Positions 36,658-46,226 are shown, numbered from the stretch's first letter. The stretch: DNA of 64,000 nucleotides from Candidatus Heimdallarchaeota archaeon (GCA_030668825.1 DAOVET010000005.1:1736-65735); one strand, 5' to 3'. Notes: generated by a model not told the origin, from the letters alone. Numbers and translations are program-made.

Positions 36658-37647
36658 ATGACTATATTGGTAACTGGAGCAACTAGTGCAGTGGGATATT
36701 TTATTGCTAAGAAGTTAAGAGAAGAATATCCAAAGACAGAAATCAAAGCATTAACTCGGTCAGATAAGAAATATCCTGCTTTAGAAGAATTAGGTATCAG
36801 TTTCATTAAAGGAAATTTGACAGATAAAGAATCTCTAATCAAGGCATTAAATGGAATAGATGATGTCTATAATGCCGCGGGAGAAGCTAGAGACAATATC
36901 CCCTCAAGATTATATTATGATGTTAATGTGACTGGTACAAAAAATTTGCTTGAAGCATTTGTTGGGAATAATGGGAAAAAATTCTTACATATAAGTACAG
37001 TTGGCATTTATGGTTACAAGGTAAAAAACCAACCAATAAAAGAGGATTATCCAAAAAAATCTGATCACCCTTATCATGAAACTAAATGGATAGCAGAGAA
37101 ACTAGTGTTCAAGTATGCACAAGAGTATGGTTTTTTTGCTTCAGCAGTTAGACCACCTTACATTGTTGGTCCTAGAGATAGACAAGTAGCACCCAAAATT
37201 TTTGATTATCTTTTGAAGGAAAGAAAGATACCTCTTGTTGGAACAGGTAAAGCTGTTGTTTCTTTTGTTCATCATAAGGATGTAGCTAGAGCTTTAGTTA
37301 TGTGTGGAGCTACAGAAAAAGCTAATGGTGAAGCCTTTCATGTTATTGGTTCAACTTGCACTGCTCGGGAGTTATTTGAAATGGCCGGAGAAATTACAGG
37401 AAAAGAACCTGTATTTGATGAAATAAGCTTCCCGCTAGCAATAACTGCAGCTGTTTTTAGTGAAACAATGGCCAGAATAAAGAAATCAACACCAAAAATA
37501 TCCCGTAGAAGAGTAAATCAATTCAGTAGGACAAGAGTATATAGTTTAGATAAAATTAACAAATTAGTGGGTTTTGAACCTGAATATTCTATAAAAGATT
37601 CTTTTCAGGATGCTTTTAACTGGATGAAAGAACAGAAGCTAGTATGA
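36658..37647 (+). CDS. NAD-dependent epimerase/dehydratase (extended SDR)
   Basis: 329 aa. ILVTGATSAVGYFI (GxxGxxG) and YHETKWIAEK (YxxxK). Confidence 0.8.
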   Translation: MTILVTGATSAVGYFIAKKLREEYPKTEIKALTRSDKKYPALEELGISFIKGNLTDKESLIKALNGIDDVYNAAGEARDNIPSRLYYDVNVTGTKNLLEAFVGNNGKKFLHISTVGIYGYKVKNQPIKEDYPKKSDHPYHETKWIAEKLVFKYAQEYGFFASAVRPPYIVGPRDRQVAPKIFDYLLKERKIPLVGTGKAVVSFVHHKDVARALVMCGATEKANGEAFHVIGSTCTARELFEMAGEITGKEPVFDEISFPLAITAAVFSETMARIKKSTPKISRRRVNQFSRTRVYSLDKINKLVGFEPEYSIKDSFQDAFNWMKEQKLV

Positions 37648-37658
37648 TCTATTTGATA

Positions 37659-38384
37659 TTATTCCTCAAAACCATATTTCTTTTCTATTGCATATATTGA
37701 CTTGGGCTTAATTCTGTTAAAGGAACGAAATCTGAATAAATGAAAGAATCCAACAAAAAGCCTTTTGAAACCATAACTTGATTTTCCTGTTAATCTTGGT
37801 CTATGATTGACTTTTATTTCTGCAATTCTGAAACCTTTACTGGTAAGAATTGTTGGGATGTATCTATGTGCCCCCTTTGTTAATTTTAAATCCGAAACAG
37901 CTTCTTTTCTATAAATTCTCAGCATACAATTGTTATCATGAATTATACTTCGATTAATTACCTTATTTAGAAAGTTATAAATTTTCGAGCCAGTTTTCTT
38001 AAGAAATGTATCATTACGTTCAACTCTCCAACCACAAACAAAGTCGTATTCTTCTGTTAAGGCGCTGATTAGATTAGGAATGTTATTTGGGTCATCTTGG
38101 CCATCTCCATCAAGTGTAATGATAGAATCTCCTTCTGCATTGTCAAATCCAGCTGAAAGAGCTGCACTTTTACCATAGTTTTTATCAAATTGAATAATAC
38201 ACAGTTTTTCTTCTTTAGATTTGAGTGAAAGAAGTTTATCCAAGGTAGTATCCTTTGATCCATCGTCTACAATAATTATCTCAAAATCAGTTGTTACCTT
38301 CTGCAATATCTCTTTTAGTTCACGGTATACAGGTATAACATTACCTTCTTCATTATGAACTGGAATAATTGCAGAAATCATCAT
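37659..38384 (-). CDS. Family-2 glycosyltransferase (dolichyl-phosphate sugar transferase-like)
   Basis: 241 aa. ISAIIPVHNEEGNV, IIIVDDGSKD, and ITLDGDGQDDP (DxD) motifs. Confidence 0.85.
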   Translation of the reverse strand: MMISAIIPVHNEEGNVIPVYRELKEILQKVTTDFEIIIVDDGSKDTTLDKLLSLKSKEEKLCIIQFDKNYGKSAALSAGFDNAEGDSIITLDGDGQDDPNNIPNLISALTEEYDFVCGWRVERNDTFLKKTGSKIYNFLNKVINRSIIHDNNCMLRIYRKEAVSDLKLTKGAHRYIPTILTSKGFRIAEIKVNHRPRLTGKSSYGFKRLFVGFFHLFRFRSFNRIKPKSIYAIEKKYGFEE

Positions 38385-38450
38385 TTCAAAATCCTTATTC
38401 TATTTGAAAACAAAAACCTTTCTTTAATCTTTAACTCTAGTAGGTAAAAG

Positions 38451-38526
38451 TGGTGGACCAGTCGGGACTTGAACCCGAGGCCTCATCGGTGCAAGCGATG
38501 CGATCTCCCAACTGATCTACTGGCCC
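38451..38526 (-). tRNA. tRNA-Ala (anticodon TGC)
   Basis: Reverse complement: GGGCCAG TA GATCAGTTGGGAGATC G CATCG-CTTGCAC-CGATG AGGCC TCGGG-TTCAAGT-CCCGA CTGGTCC A CCA. The G3:U70 alanine identity pair is present. Confidence 0.9.
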
Positions 38527-38924
38527 ATGTTGGATTGTCTTCACTTCCTCCTTTTTTTAACATTTCGATATCGAAAAGATTTGTTTTAGTATAAACCTCT
38601 GAAAAATTGACGTGAAAACCACTTTTCTTGATAATATTGTGGTATTACACTTACCGACAAAAATCAGTTTACAGACTCCCGACAAAAACCTTAAGCTTGA
38701 CGATTTTTTGTCTTTTGACCGTTTAAAGCCCCTCCCCACGATTTCCAATGGAAATGGGGGTTCTTTGTAGATTCAGCCCCTCTCTTTAACGAATCCACCT
38801 CTAAGGAAAATAAAATTTATTCTATTAGATTTCTAGTGGAACAATAAACCGTTAAGTAAATATATTAGATGAATTTAAAAGTAAATATTATCTCTGTATA
38901 AATAGGAAAAACTCCGAAGAATAG

Positions 38925-39245
38925 GTGATGATGATGGTAACAATCAGCGAGGCACAAAAAAAACTGCTTGAACTCATTAACAGTAGAAACAGTGTAAAAC
39001 AATTAGATGTAATGAATATTCCAAAAACTCCAAGCAGAATAATGGGAGAAAAAATGTTGAATGCTTTTGCTAGCCAAATATTAGCTGACTGTGAAGGTTT
39101 AGAATGTGATCCCACTATTGAGGATGAATTAATTGAGAGTCTTCTTAGTACTTTAGCATTAGCAGGTGTAGTAGGAATAGATTTAGAAAGAAAACTACTC
39201 GAAATATTAGGATTAATGGAAATAGTAACAGCTGATAGTTCATAA
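38925..39245 (+). CDS. Small acidic hypothetical protein
   Basis: 106 aa with balanced composition. The overlapping opposite-strand ORF (38888-39313) is Ser-rich and low-complexity and looks spurious. Confidence 0.35.
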   Translation: MMMMVTISEAQKKLLELINSRNSVKQLDVMNIPKTPSRIMGEKMLNAFASQILADCEGLECDPTIEDELIESLLSTLALAGVVGIDLERKLLEILGLMEIVTADSS

Positions 39246-39341
39246 GAACAAAAAGTAAGGTCTCTGTCAATGCGAAGGGAGGGAGTCATCATCATTTTAC
39301 TATTATGAGTCATGAAAAAATCTAAATAAGCTATTTTTAAG

Positions 39342-39875
39342 ATGGGTTTGATGATTGGTTTAAAACGTGGTTTGGTTCAGTTAAAACCATATAATCCACA
39401 GTGGGAAGAGCTTTTCAAACAGGAAAAAGAACTAATATCATCAGTAATAGCTGATTTTCTAATTGATATACAGCATATTGGAAGTACTGCTATTCCAAAC
39501 TCTGTAGCTAAACCAATAATAGATATCGCCGTTGCTATTGAATCACTTGATAATATTGAGAAAATCATTATTCCTCTAAAAAATATAGGTTTTATTTATA
39601 GGGGAGAGCAGGGAATACCAGACAGACATATGTTTGTGAAAGGGGGAGAGAATTATAGAACCCATCATCTTCATGTTATGCAAAAAGATCATTATGAATG
39701 GGATAAACATATTCTGTTTAGAGATTTTTTGAAAAAACATCCAAATGATGCGAAACAATATTCTGAACTTAAAAAGCTATTATTCATCAAGTTTGGAAAT
39801 GACAGAGAGAAATATACTGACAGTAAATCAGATTTCATACAAAATATAATTGAAAAAGCAAAGAAGAAGCAGTAA
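39342..39875 (+). CDS. GrpB-family (UPF0157) nucleotidyltransferase-fold protein
   Basis: 177 aa. QHIGSTAIPNSVAKPIIDIAVAI matches the conserved GrpB HxGSTAIPGL.AKPIIDI motif. Confidence 0.75.
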   Translation: MGLMIGLKRGLVQLKPYNPQWEELFKQEKELISSVIADFLIDIQHIGSTAIPNSVAKPIIDIAVAIESLDNIEKIIIPLKNIGFIYRGEQGIPDRHMFVKGGENYRTHHLHVMQKDHYEWDKHILFRDFLKKHPNDAKQYSELKKLLFIKFGNDREKYTDSKSDFIQNIIEKAKKKQ

Positions 39876-39896
39876 TGAATTAATAAAAGAAAATGA

Positions 39897-39971
39897 TGGA
39901 GCCTCGGAAGGGAATTGAACCCTCGACTAATTGATTACAAGTCAATCACTCTACCACTGAGTTACCGAGGC
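39897..39971 (-). tRNA. tRNA-Thr (anticodon TGT)
   Basis: Reverse complement: GCCTCGG TA ACTCAGTGGTAGAGT G ATTGA-CTTGTAA-TCAAT TAGTC GAGGG-TTCAATT-CCCTT CCGAGGC T CCA. Confidence 0.85.
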
Positions 39972-40033
39972 AATACTTTGCAAGGAGTTTTGATGATATT
40001 CGTATAAAAAATATTTTGATTGTTACTATCTTT

Positions 40034-40708
40034 TTATTTTAACTCTATTTTGTCTCGAACTTCAATCCTTCCAACTGTTAGATAAGGTCTAGCAGCAACA
40101 ATTTGAATTTCTTCTACTCTCATAGAACCAATTTTTACATTTCTATATTTCTCAGTTATAATATGGATTAAATTCCTAGCTTCAGTTGTTTCTATTCTGG
40201 CTAAGGATATATGGGGCATATAGAATGGGAAGTATTTTTCTAAATGTGGAAACTCTTCGAAAATCTTATTGAAAATGGATTCAAGATTCTGGTTCTCATC
40301 AAATACTTGTGCAAAAATGATTCTCTCGAAGCAATTAATTCCTCGAATTTCTATGTCAAAAGGTGAGAAACTATTCGCAACTCTTGTCATTTTTTTCCTG
40401 ATTTCCTTGATCTCTACTTGATCCTCCCAGCCAAATTCCTTGAGAGTAATGTGGAAATATATGGGATGAAAATAAGTATGCCTGTGATCAATCCTATCGA
40501 AAACAGCTTGGATTTGTTGGAGGTTTTCACAAATGGAATGAGAAACCTTAACAATAGAAGCTAGAAACGGTGGATTGGTCTTATCATAGAGTTTTCTTCC
40601 AGAATAGATTACGTTATCATCAAAAAGAGGAACTCTATCTTCTAACAGAATTTTACTATAGTGTTCCCAATTCTTCTCAAACAACTCTTCCTGAGCTTTA
40701 ATATCCAT
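40034..40708 (-). CDS. 2H-phosphoesterase superfamily protein (LigT/2'-5' RNA ligase-like)
   Basis: 224 aa with two H-x-T/S-x motifs (HITL and HISL) at the appropriate spacing. Confidence 0.6.
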   Translation of the reverse strand: MDIKAQEELFEKNWEHYSKILLEDRVPLFDDNVIYSGRKLYDKTNPPFLASIVKVSHSICENLQQIQAVFDRIDHRHTYFHPIYFHITLKEFGWEDQVEIKEIRKKMTRVANSFSPFDIEIRGINCFERIIFAQVFDENQNLESIFNKIFEEFPHLEKYFPFYMPHISLARIETTEARNLIHIITEKYRNVKIGSMRVEEIQIVAARPYLTVGRIEVRDKIELK

Positions 40709-40823
40709 TCTTACTCCAATAAACAGATGGTTCTTTGTTGATAATTCTTCCTATGAGAAATTAAAGAATAGAAAAAAAGGTTTAAAAAGAAAAAGAAAGT
40801 AGAACGAATGTAACCAAAAGTAT

Positions 40824-40900
40824 GCCACCATAGCTCAGTCTGGTGGAGCAATCGGCTGTTAACCGATCGGTCGCAAGTTCGAATCTTGCTGGTGGCGCCA
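40824..40900 (+). tRNA. tRNA-Asn (anticodon GTT)
   Basis: GCCACCA TA GCTCAGTCTGGTGGAGC A ATCGG-CTGTTAA-CCGAT CGGTC GCAAG-TTCGAAT-CTTGC TGGTGGC G CCA. Confidence 0.9.
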
Positions 40901-40960
40901 CCCATTTTACAGTTTTTATCGATTTTAAATATGAAATTAAGTATTATATTTTGAATTCCT

Positions 40961-42862
40961 TTGTTTCAACAAATTCTAGAATCCCAATCTACAGTCATTC
41001 GTACCTATAGGATGGGTATTAAATTTGATGGCACAAAAGAGGAAAAGAGAACTCAGGAAAAAGAAGCTAACCTAAGAGTTAAAGGATTACAAATTCAGCA
41101 AGATGATATTTATCATGATGAATCCGCTATTAAAACTGCATTGAATATTGCTAGGACTCAACCGAAACAACAGAGCAAATTTGCTGTAAAAGCAATCCAA
41201 AAAGCAAAGCAGAATTATTCCAATATTGCTGATAGTGCATACTATTGGTTATATTTAGCATCTAAAGGAACAGTTGATAGAGAAAAGAAAGTAGCAGAAA
41301 TTATGAAGTTACTTTTGAATTGGGATGATCAGGCTGTTGAGTGGTTTATTTTTGGAAGATCTCCTAGAGTAGAAAATACTTTGTTTTATAGATGGAAATT
41401 AAAAAGATTATATGTAATTAATTTAATATCAAGTACTAGATGGCAAATCGATAAGTTTTGCACACCTGATATCAAATTTAATTCCTTTCTTCCATTTCTT
41501 ACACAGCAAGAAGTTGAAGATAATATTCATGCTTTTTGCACATTAAAAAGCCAAAAGAAACAAACTAAGAATGTTTCAGACAAAGCTAGGAAATTTATCA
41601 AAAAAATAGAGTTGATTCATGATAACCTTTCTATTGTAGCACCATACCTAACATCTTGGATTAATGTTCCTCAAAAATCCCGATGGAAAAGCTTGAAAAG
41701 ACTGAGTAAAATAATCTCTGATGTAATTGGACTGAAAAATGAAAACCTGTTCTCTGCTCTGAGAGCAATTATTGTTTTCGCACTCTCTCCCTATATTGAG
41801 AAGAATGTCTCTCGAATACTTCAGCATGTATCATCAGAACAAATTGTTAAACCACCCTTTATGAAGAATAGAAGAAGAAACATACCTATCATACTGTTAA
41901 TGAATAAAGATCATGTGATTTTAAGACCAGGCAATTCCAGTCAAATGGCTGAACTAGTAAAGAAAAATGGGATGTTTGATTTAGCTTTTCTACTAAAAAA
42001 ACACACTAGGATTTATGGAACTTTAGTATTTTCATCGAAAGTTAGGAATTTCATCGAAAGAGGAGCTAAGATTAAAGTACTAATGGTACAAAGTGGTTCT
42101 AAACCAGGTTGTAAATTAAGAATTTCAGTTGTTCTTGAGGGGCGCCACTCAATTTTTCTGTCAACAAAATTGACAGAAAATATTAGTAAGCAAATTAAAG
42201 TTAAACAAACTGACGCTCTAGGATTAGATGTAAACAGATTAGGTGAACATATTCTAGCTTTTTCTGTGAAAGCAAAACTAACGAAAGAGTTGAAAGAATT
42301 GATGAAAAGATATAACAGATTAAGCACCATTGAGATACCAAAATTAAGTTCTAGTTTGAAGAACTATGGTCGTCTTAACCATTCCTGTCGCTATGTTAAA
42401 GTTAGAGGAGAACTTCAAAGAATTTATAAGAAAAGAAGTAATCTTCTGAAAGAAATAAAAAATTATGTTACACATTATATAGCCGCTGTAATTATCAAAA
42501 GTAAATGCAAGATTTTCTGTATTGAGGACTTTCGTATAGATCCTAGAGGTAAAAGAGGAGCTTTAGCAAAAGCTATTTACAGTATGCCGGATGATGAGAA
42601 TATTTTTGAAAAGGCAGTTTCAGTAGCTTCCCTTATTCTAAAATACAATGTCTCTTTAATTTCCATCGATCCAAGAAGAACAAGTTCTCTCCATAATAAT
42701 TGTGGTGGTATTCTTAAACGTACATCAAAATCATATGATATAGTCAAATGTAATAAATGTAGTAAACAAGTCAATACTCATACAAATGCTGCATTGAATA
42801 TAAGAGATAAAGGTATGAAATATTATGATTCCCCCTTTCCGCATGCGAGGGGTATGGGTTAA
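40961..42862 (+). CDS. TnpB/Cas12-like RuvC-fold protein with extended N-terminal region and apparently degenerate RuvC-III
   Basis: 633 aa. The C-terminal ~230 aa carry RuvC-I (…KLRISVVLEGRHSIFLS…ALGLDVNRLGEHILAFSV), RuvC-II (KIFCIEDFRID), a TSS motif plus H-x2-C…C-x2-C zinc finger (HNNCGG…CNKC), and an NAA-x-NI RuvC-III remnant (VNTHTNAALNI) lacking Asp. The N-terminal ~400 aa are basic and helical with no recognisable motifs. Confidence 0.6.
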   Translation: MFQQILESQSTVIRTYRMGIKFDGTKEEKRTQEKEANLRVKGLQIQQDDIYHDESAIKTALNIARTQPKQQSKFAVKAIQKAKQNYSNIADSAYYWLYLASKGTVDREKKVAEIMKLLLNWDDQAVEWFIFGRSPRVENTLFYRWKLKRLYVINLISSTRWQIDKFCTPDIKFNSFLPFLTQQEVEDNIHAFCTLKSQKKQTKNVSDKARKFIKKIELIHDNLSIVAPYLTSWINVPQKSRWKSLKRLSKIISDVIGLKNENLFSALRAIIVFALSPYIEKNVSRILQHVSSEQIVKPPFMKNRRRNIPIILLMNKDHVILRPGNSSQMAELVKKNGMFDLAFLLKKHTRIYGTLVFSSKVRNFIERGAKIKVLMVQSGSKPGCKLRISVVLEGRHSIFLSTKLTENISKQIKVKQTDALGLDVNRLGEHILAFSVKAKLTKELKELMKRYNRLSTIEIPKLSSSLKNYGRLNHSCRYVKVRGELQRIYKKRSNLLKEIKNYVTHYIAAVIIKSKCKIFCIEDFRIDPRGKRGALAKAIYSMPDDENIFEKAVSVASLILKYNVSLISIDPRRTSSLHNNCGGILKRTSKSYDIVKCNKCSKQVNTHTNAALNIRDKGMKYYDSPFPHARGMG

Positions 42863-43114
42863 AACCCATCAAGTCTATCCAAACTGTACAATTTAGATAG
42901 CTTCATAGCATTGCGATGGTAAGATTTGAACTATTCAATGTTTTTAATTTCTATGTTTTTATTATTTTGGTATAATTCTCATATAAAGTAATTATAATCA
43001 AGAACTTTAATTTGAAAATCTAGTGAGATCAAGAAAACAGGATTGATTCAACAATATTATCTGTTCGTACTCTAGCTTTAAATATCTTCTAATCATTGTA
43101 AAAGTTGGCTGATT

Positions 43115-43894
43115 ATGAAGAAAATTTCATTTCGAAAACAAATTATCGTTGGTGTTTTAATTGCATTTCTAATAGCGACGATAACAATTAGTTCTGTTTT
43201 TTTATGTGACTTTATTATTGATAAGAAATATGAATTTGAACAGGAGCATTACTTATGGAATTTTGACAATATAACTCTGTTTTCTTCACAATTAGAAGAG
43301 AGAAGTGAAATGATTTTGTATTTTTTTAGTCAAGTATTTACAATATCTAATGAGACATATTATAACTCTATTACTAATGAAACAATTATTCAAATAGAAG
43401 TTGTTCCTTTTAGTATATTTTATAGTCAAAAATCCTCATATGCTATTTGGCATGATATGAAACGGGAGGAATGGCAGTACAAACTAGATGTTCTATCACC
43501 CACTTGGAAACAGAAACCCAATTTTGTAACAAACAGCAGTATATTCAAAACGATTATTTCAGCTTTAAAGGATGATTTAGTTCAAACTCAAAATTGGAGA
43601 AATGCAATTGGGGAAATCACAAGAAATAATGTAATGAATAGAACTGTGCTAGGTTTTGCTTATTACTTGGATTTTATATTTAATGATGGTTCACGTTTTG
43701 AATTTTGTTCACAAAATAATGAGGTCAAATTCTATTATATGCATTTCAAAGATTACTATGTTAATAATGATGGATCCTCTGGTTGGTATACTGATATCAA
43801 TATTCCTGAAGAAACGTATAGGGGAAACCTCACAGGATTGTTTCCACAACATACAAATGTAATAAATGAGATTATTGAACAGTACTCAACCTAG
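43115..43894 (+). CDS. Signal-anchored extracellular hypothetical protein
   Basis: 259 aa. N-terminal TM (IIVGVLIAFLIATITISSVFL) and several N-x-S/T sequons. Confidence 0.45.
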   Translation: MKKISFRKQIIVGVLIAFLIATITISSVFLCDFIIDKKYEFEQEHYLWNFDNITLFSSQLEERSEMILYFFSQVFTISNETYYNSITNETIIQIEVVPFSIFYSQKSSYAIWHDMKREEWQYKLDVLSPTWKQKPNFVTNSSIFKTIISALKDDLVQTQNWRNAIGEITRNNVMNRTVLGFAYYLDFIFNDGSRFEFCSQNNEVKFYYMHFKDYYVNNDGSSGWYTDINIPEETYRGNLTGLFPQHTNVINEIIEQYST

Positions 43895-43903
43895 GTTTAG
43901 CTT

Positions 43904-44401
43904 ATGAATTTCGAAAAGACAGCTGAAATCGAATCTGCTCTTGAACATCCAACAACATTACGGGTGTATCTTTATCTTCGATATCACTTTGATAAATCAT
44001 CTCAAAACATTGGCATTAGAGAAACTCAAAATGCTTTGAAAATGAAGAGTCCTAGTATAGCTAAATGGCATATGGATAAACTTGAAATCGCAGGATTAGT
44101 TGATAAACTATCTTCAAACAGGTATGTTTTAACAGAACTAGGATTTAGTTTACAGCAACGAATTCCAGTCAAGCTCCCTGTTCAAATGGTAAAGGGTTTT
44201 TTTGTACCTAGAATTGTTCTTCTGATTGTATTTCTTATAGTTAGTTGCATTACTACTATTTCAATTTCGTTCTGGAATCCAGCTTTCGGAGCAGCTAATG
44301 GAATACTAACTTTGATTGTAGCATTAAGTCTGTTGATTTGGCATTTTAGAAATCTAAGAAAGGAAATGAAAGTTTTTGATATGAATACTGAAGAGACTTA
44401 A
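43904..44401 (+). CDS. Membrane-anchored winged-HTH protein (hypothetical regulator)
   Basis: 165 aa. N-terminal wHTH-like segment (LRVYLYLRYHF…IRETQNALKMKSPSIAKWHMDKLEIAGLV) followed by two C-terminal TM helices. Confidence 0.45.
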   Translation: MNFEKTAEIESALEHPTTLRVYLYLRYHFDKSSQNIGIRETQNALKMKSPSIAKWHMDKLEIAGLVDKLSSNRYVLTELGFSLQQRIPVKLPVQMVKGFFVPRIVLLIVFLIVSCITTISISFWNPAFGAANGILTLIVALSLLIWHFRNLRKEMKVFDMNTEET

Positions 44402-44519
44402 GATGATTCCTTTCATTGAATAAATAAACTTGGTTATACAATCTTATCTCAAACTGTTTTCAAAGTCTTTATTGGTTTTTCTTTTAATTTCCAGCAGCGC
44501 CATATCCCTCCTTAGAATT

Positions 44520-45191
44520 CTATTTTTGCGAATTTATTTTTTTTTTAGTAAGTACAATTACTATCAAACATAGAGGTAGAGTAACTAGGAAATAATAAGA
44601 TAAGATGGTGGTTTGAGAGGGTTCCTCAGGAAAAGTAAAGGTAGTATATGCACCTGTGTGATTCATATGAATATCCGAGTCATTAACTGAGATTATTGAA
44701 GGAAAATGATGATAGTTATGTTTTCCTATACAATCATCAATGTAAATTCTAGCTGTAAAGTTTCCATTAGGAAGAGAAACCAAAGTATCATTAACTGAAA
44801 GAGTAAAGACAATAAATTCTTCAGAAATTCCGGGATTAATGGTGTGATTTTCAAACATGTCCATAAGGGCACTTGGACCCCATAAATTACCAAAATATTG
44901 CTCATTTTCGAATGATAAATTACCTGTAATAAAAACAAGATTCATATGAGATGTTAAGATGTATAAGATTCTTCCAGAAGGGTTAATAATCTCACATGTC
45001 CCCTCAAATTCAAAAAAAGTCCAATTAGGATAGTTTACTCTATAACTTAGCTTAGGGGGAAGGAAGACGTCAGTTATTCGAGTATATATAATATTCTCAG
45101 AAGTATTTGCTTCGGAAGAAAACATGTGATTGGAAAGCATAACAGTACAAATTAAGGAAAAAACAAGAATTTGTTTAACTAATACTTTCAT
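44520..45191 (-). CDS. Secreted protein with C-terminal TM anchor (hypothetical)
   Basis: 223 aa. N-terminal signal peptide, N-glycosylation sequons, and C-terminal TM plus KKK anchor (LVTLPLCLIVIVLTKKK). Confidence 0.45.
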   Translation of the reverse strand: MKVLVKQILVFSLICTVMLSNHMFSSEANTSENIIYTRITDVFLPPKLSYRVNYPNWTFFEFEGTCEIINPSGRILYILTSHMNLVFITGNLSFENEQYFGNLWGPSALMDMFENHTINPGISEEFIVFTLSVNDTLVSLPNGNFTARIYIDDCIGKHNYHHFPSIISVNDSDIHMNHTGAYTTFTFPEEPSQTTILSYYFLVTLPLCLIVIVLTKKKINSQK

Positions 45192-45561
45192 CGGATATAC
45201 TAAGTTTAAACTACTTATTTAGGTTTCTAAAAAAGTGAATACGAAATTACTTATCATTTCAGATATACCAGCGGCGCCATTCTTCCTTCTTACTTACAAT
45301 CAGTGTTTCAATTTTATTGTGTTTTTATACTCTTTTCTTCATACCCTTCTGAAGCTAGTTTGCCTACTCTGCTTGGTGGTTCAGACGTTGCATTCTTATT
45401 AATGATATGGCAAGCTTAGTAGAGCTAGCTTCCTTTTTCCATCTATCTTTATCCTGTTGTAATTGAGTGTTATCTTGATTTGCACATTGAATCCAAGGTT
45501 TTCAAGAATAGCCTGATTTCTTCTATTGTATTTAACTAGACTAATTCTGATAATCTTCTGC

Positions 45562-46140
45562 TTAGTTTTTACTTTTCTTTTTCTCTTTTCTATTAAAGAT
45601 TTTAACAAAAGGAAAGCCTAAGGAATAAAGAAATAACTCAAATAGAAACGATCCATTCTCTGGTGGTAAACCTTTTAGTCTACTTTCAAAAGCATCTATT
45701 GTATTTCCAAGTAAGTTCCCTATTGTAACCATATCTATGTATAGTTGAATGTCTCGAGCCTTTTGCTCACCATAAGATTCCAATAATTTCTGTCTTGCAT
45801 CTTCTGTAGGTGATCCACCTGTCTCAGCATAATGTTGGGCATAGGCAAGGCCTATAACTTCATCAGGGTCACAAGAACCGAAATCGTACCTCATAATCTG
45901 TTCTATCTCTTCTTCTGTACATCCAAGATTTAATGCTGATTTTGTATGACCCCATTCACAATATCTACAACCATAAACAGCTGTTACAGCTAACATAATT
46001 CGCTCTCTGAACTGTGGAGACAGTCTCTCTGTTTTCCTAGATTCTTTAATCTGAGATCTGTTTCTGAATATTTTGAAAACATCTCGCCTGAATGCTTTGA
46101 AAGTATAAATTCGTTTCTTGAAATATTGTGAACCATGCAT
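45562..46140 (-). CDS. Carboxymuconolactone decarboxylase/AhpD-like family protein
   Basis: 192 aa. GCRYCEWGH matches the AhpD-core CxxCxxxH motif. Confidence 0.65.
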   Translation of the reverse strand: MHGSQYFKKRIYTFKAFRRDVFKIFRNRSQIKESRKTERLSPQFRERIMLAVTAVYGCRYCEWGHTKSALNLGCTEEEIEQIMRYDFGSCDPDEVIGLAYAQHYAETGGSPTEDARQKLLESYGEQKARDIQLYIDMVTIGNLLGNTIDAFESRLKGLPPENGSFLFELFLYSLGFPFVKIFNRKEKKKSKN

Positions 46141-46226
46141 TAAGGTGTTCTTACCGAAGAAAGTTAAAAGACTCTCTATTGTTCAGAACTAATTCAAAAA
46201 TAAAAAGAAAAGAAAAAAGTAATAAA

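Noticed and set aside
38888-39313. 141-aa minus-strand ORF
   Set aside because: Ser-rich, low-complexity protein. The opposite-strand 106-aa ORF has protein-like composition and is preferred.
40711-40905. 64-aa ORF overlapping tRNA-Asn. ORF 52498-52719 overlaps tRNA-Val in the same way.
   Set aside because: These are antisense translations of tRNA genes.
42863-43114. CRISPR array near the TnpB/Cas12-like gene
   Set aside because: No regularly spaced direct repeats of 25-40 nt. Only short 8-nt repeats are present.
45399-45608. 69-aa ORF (MLKSLIEKRKRK…)
   Set aside because: Lys/Arg-rich low-complexity peptide in an intergenic region overlapping the upstream end of the AhpD-like gene. It is likely spurious.
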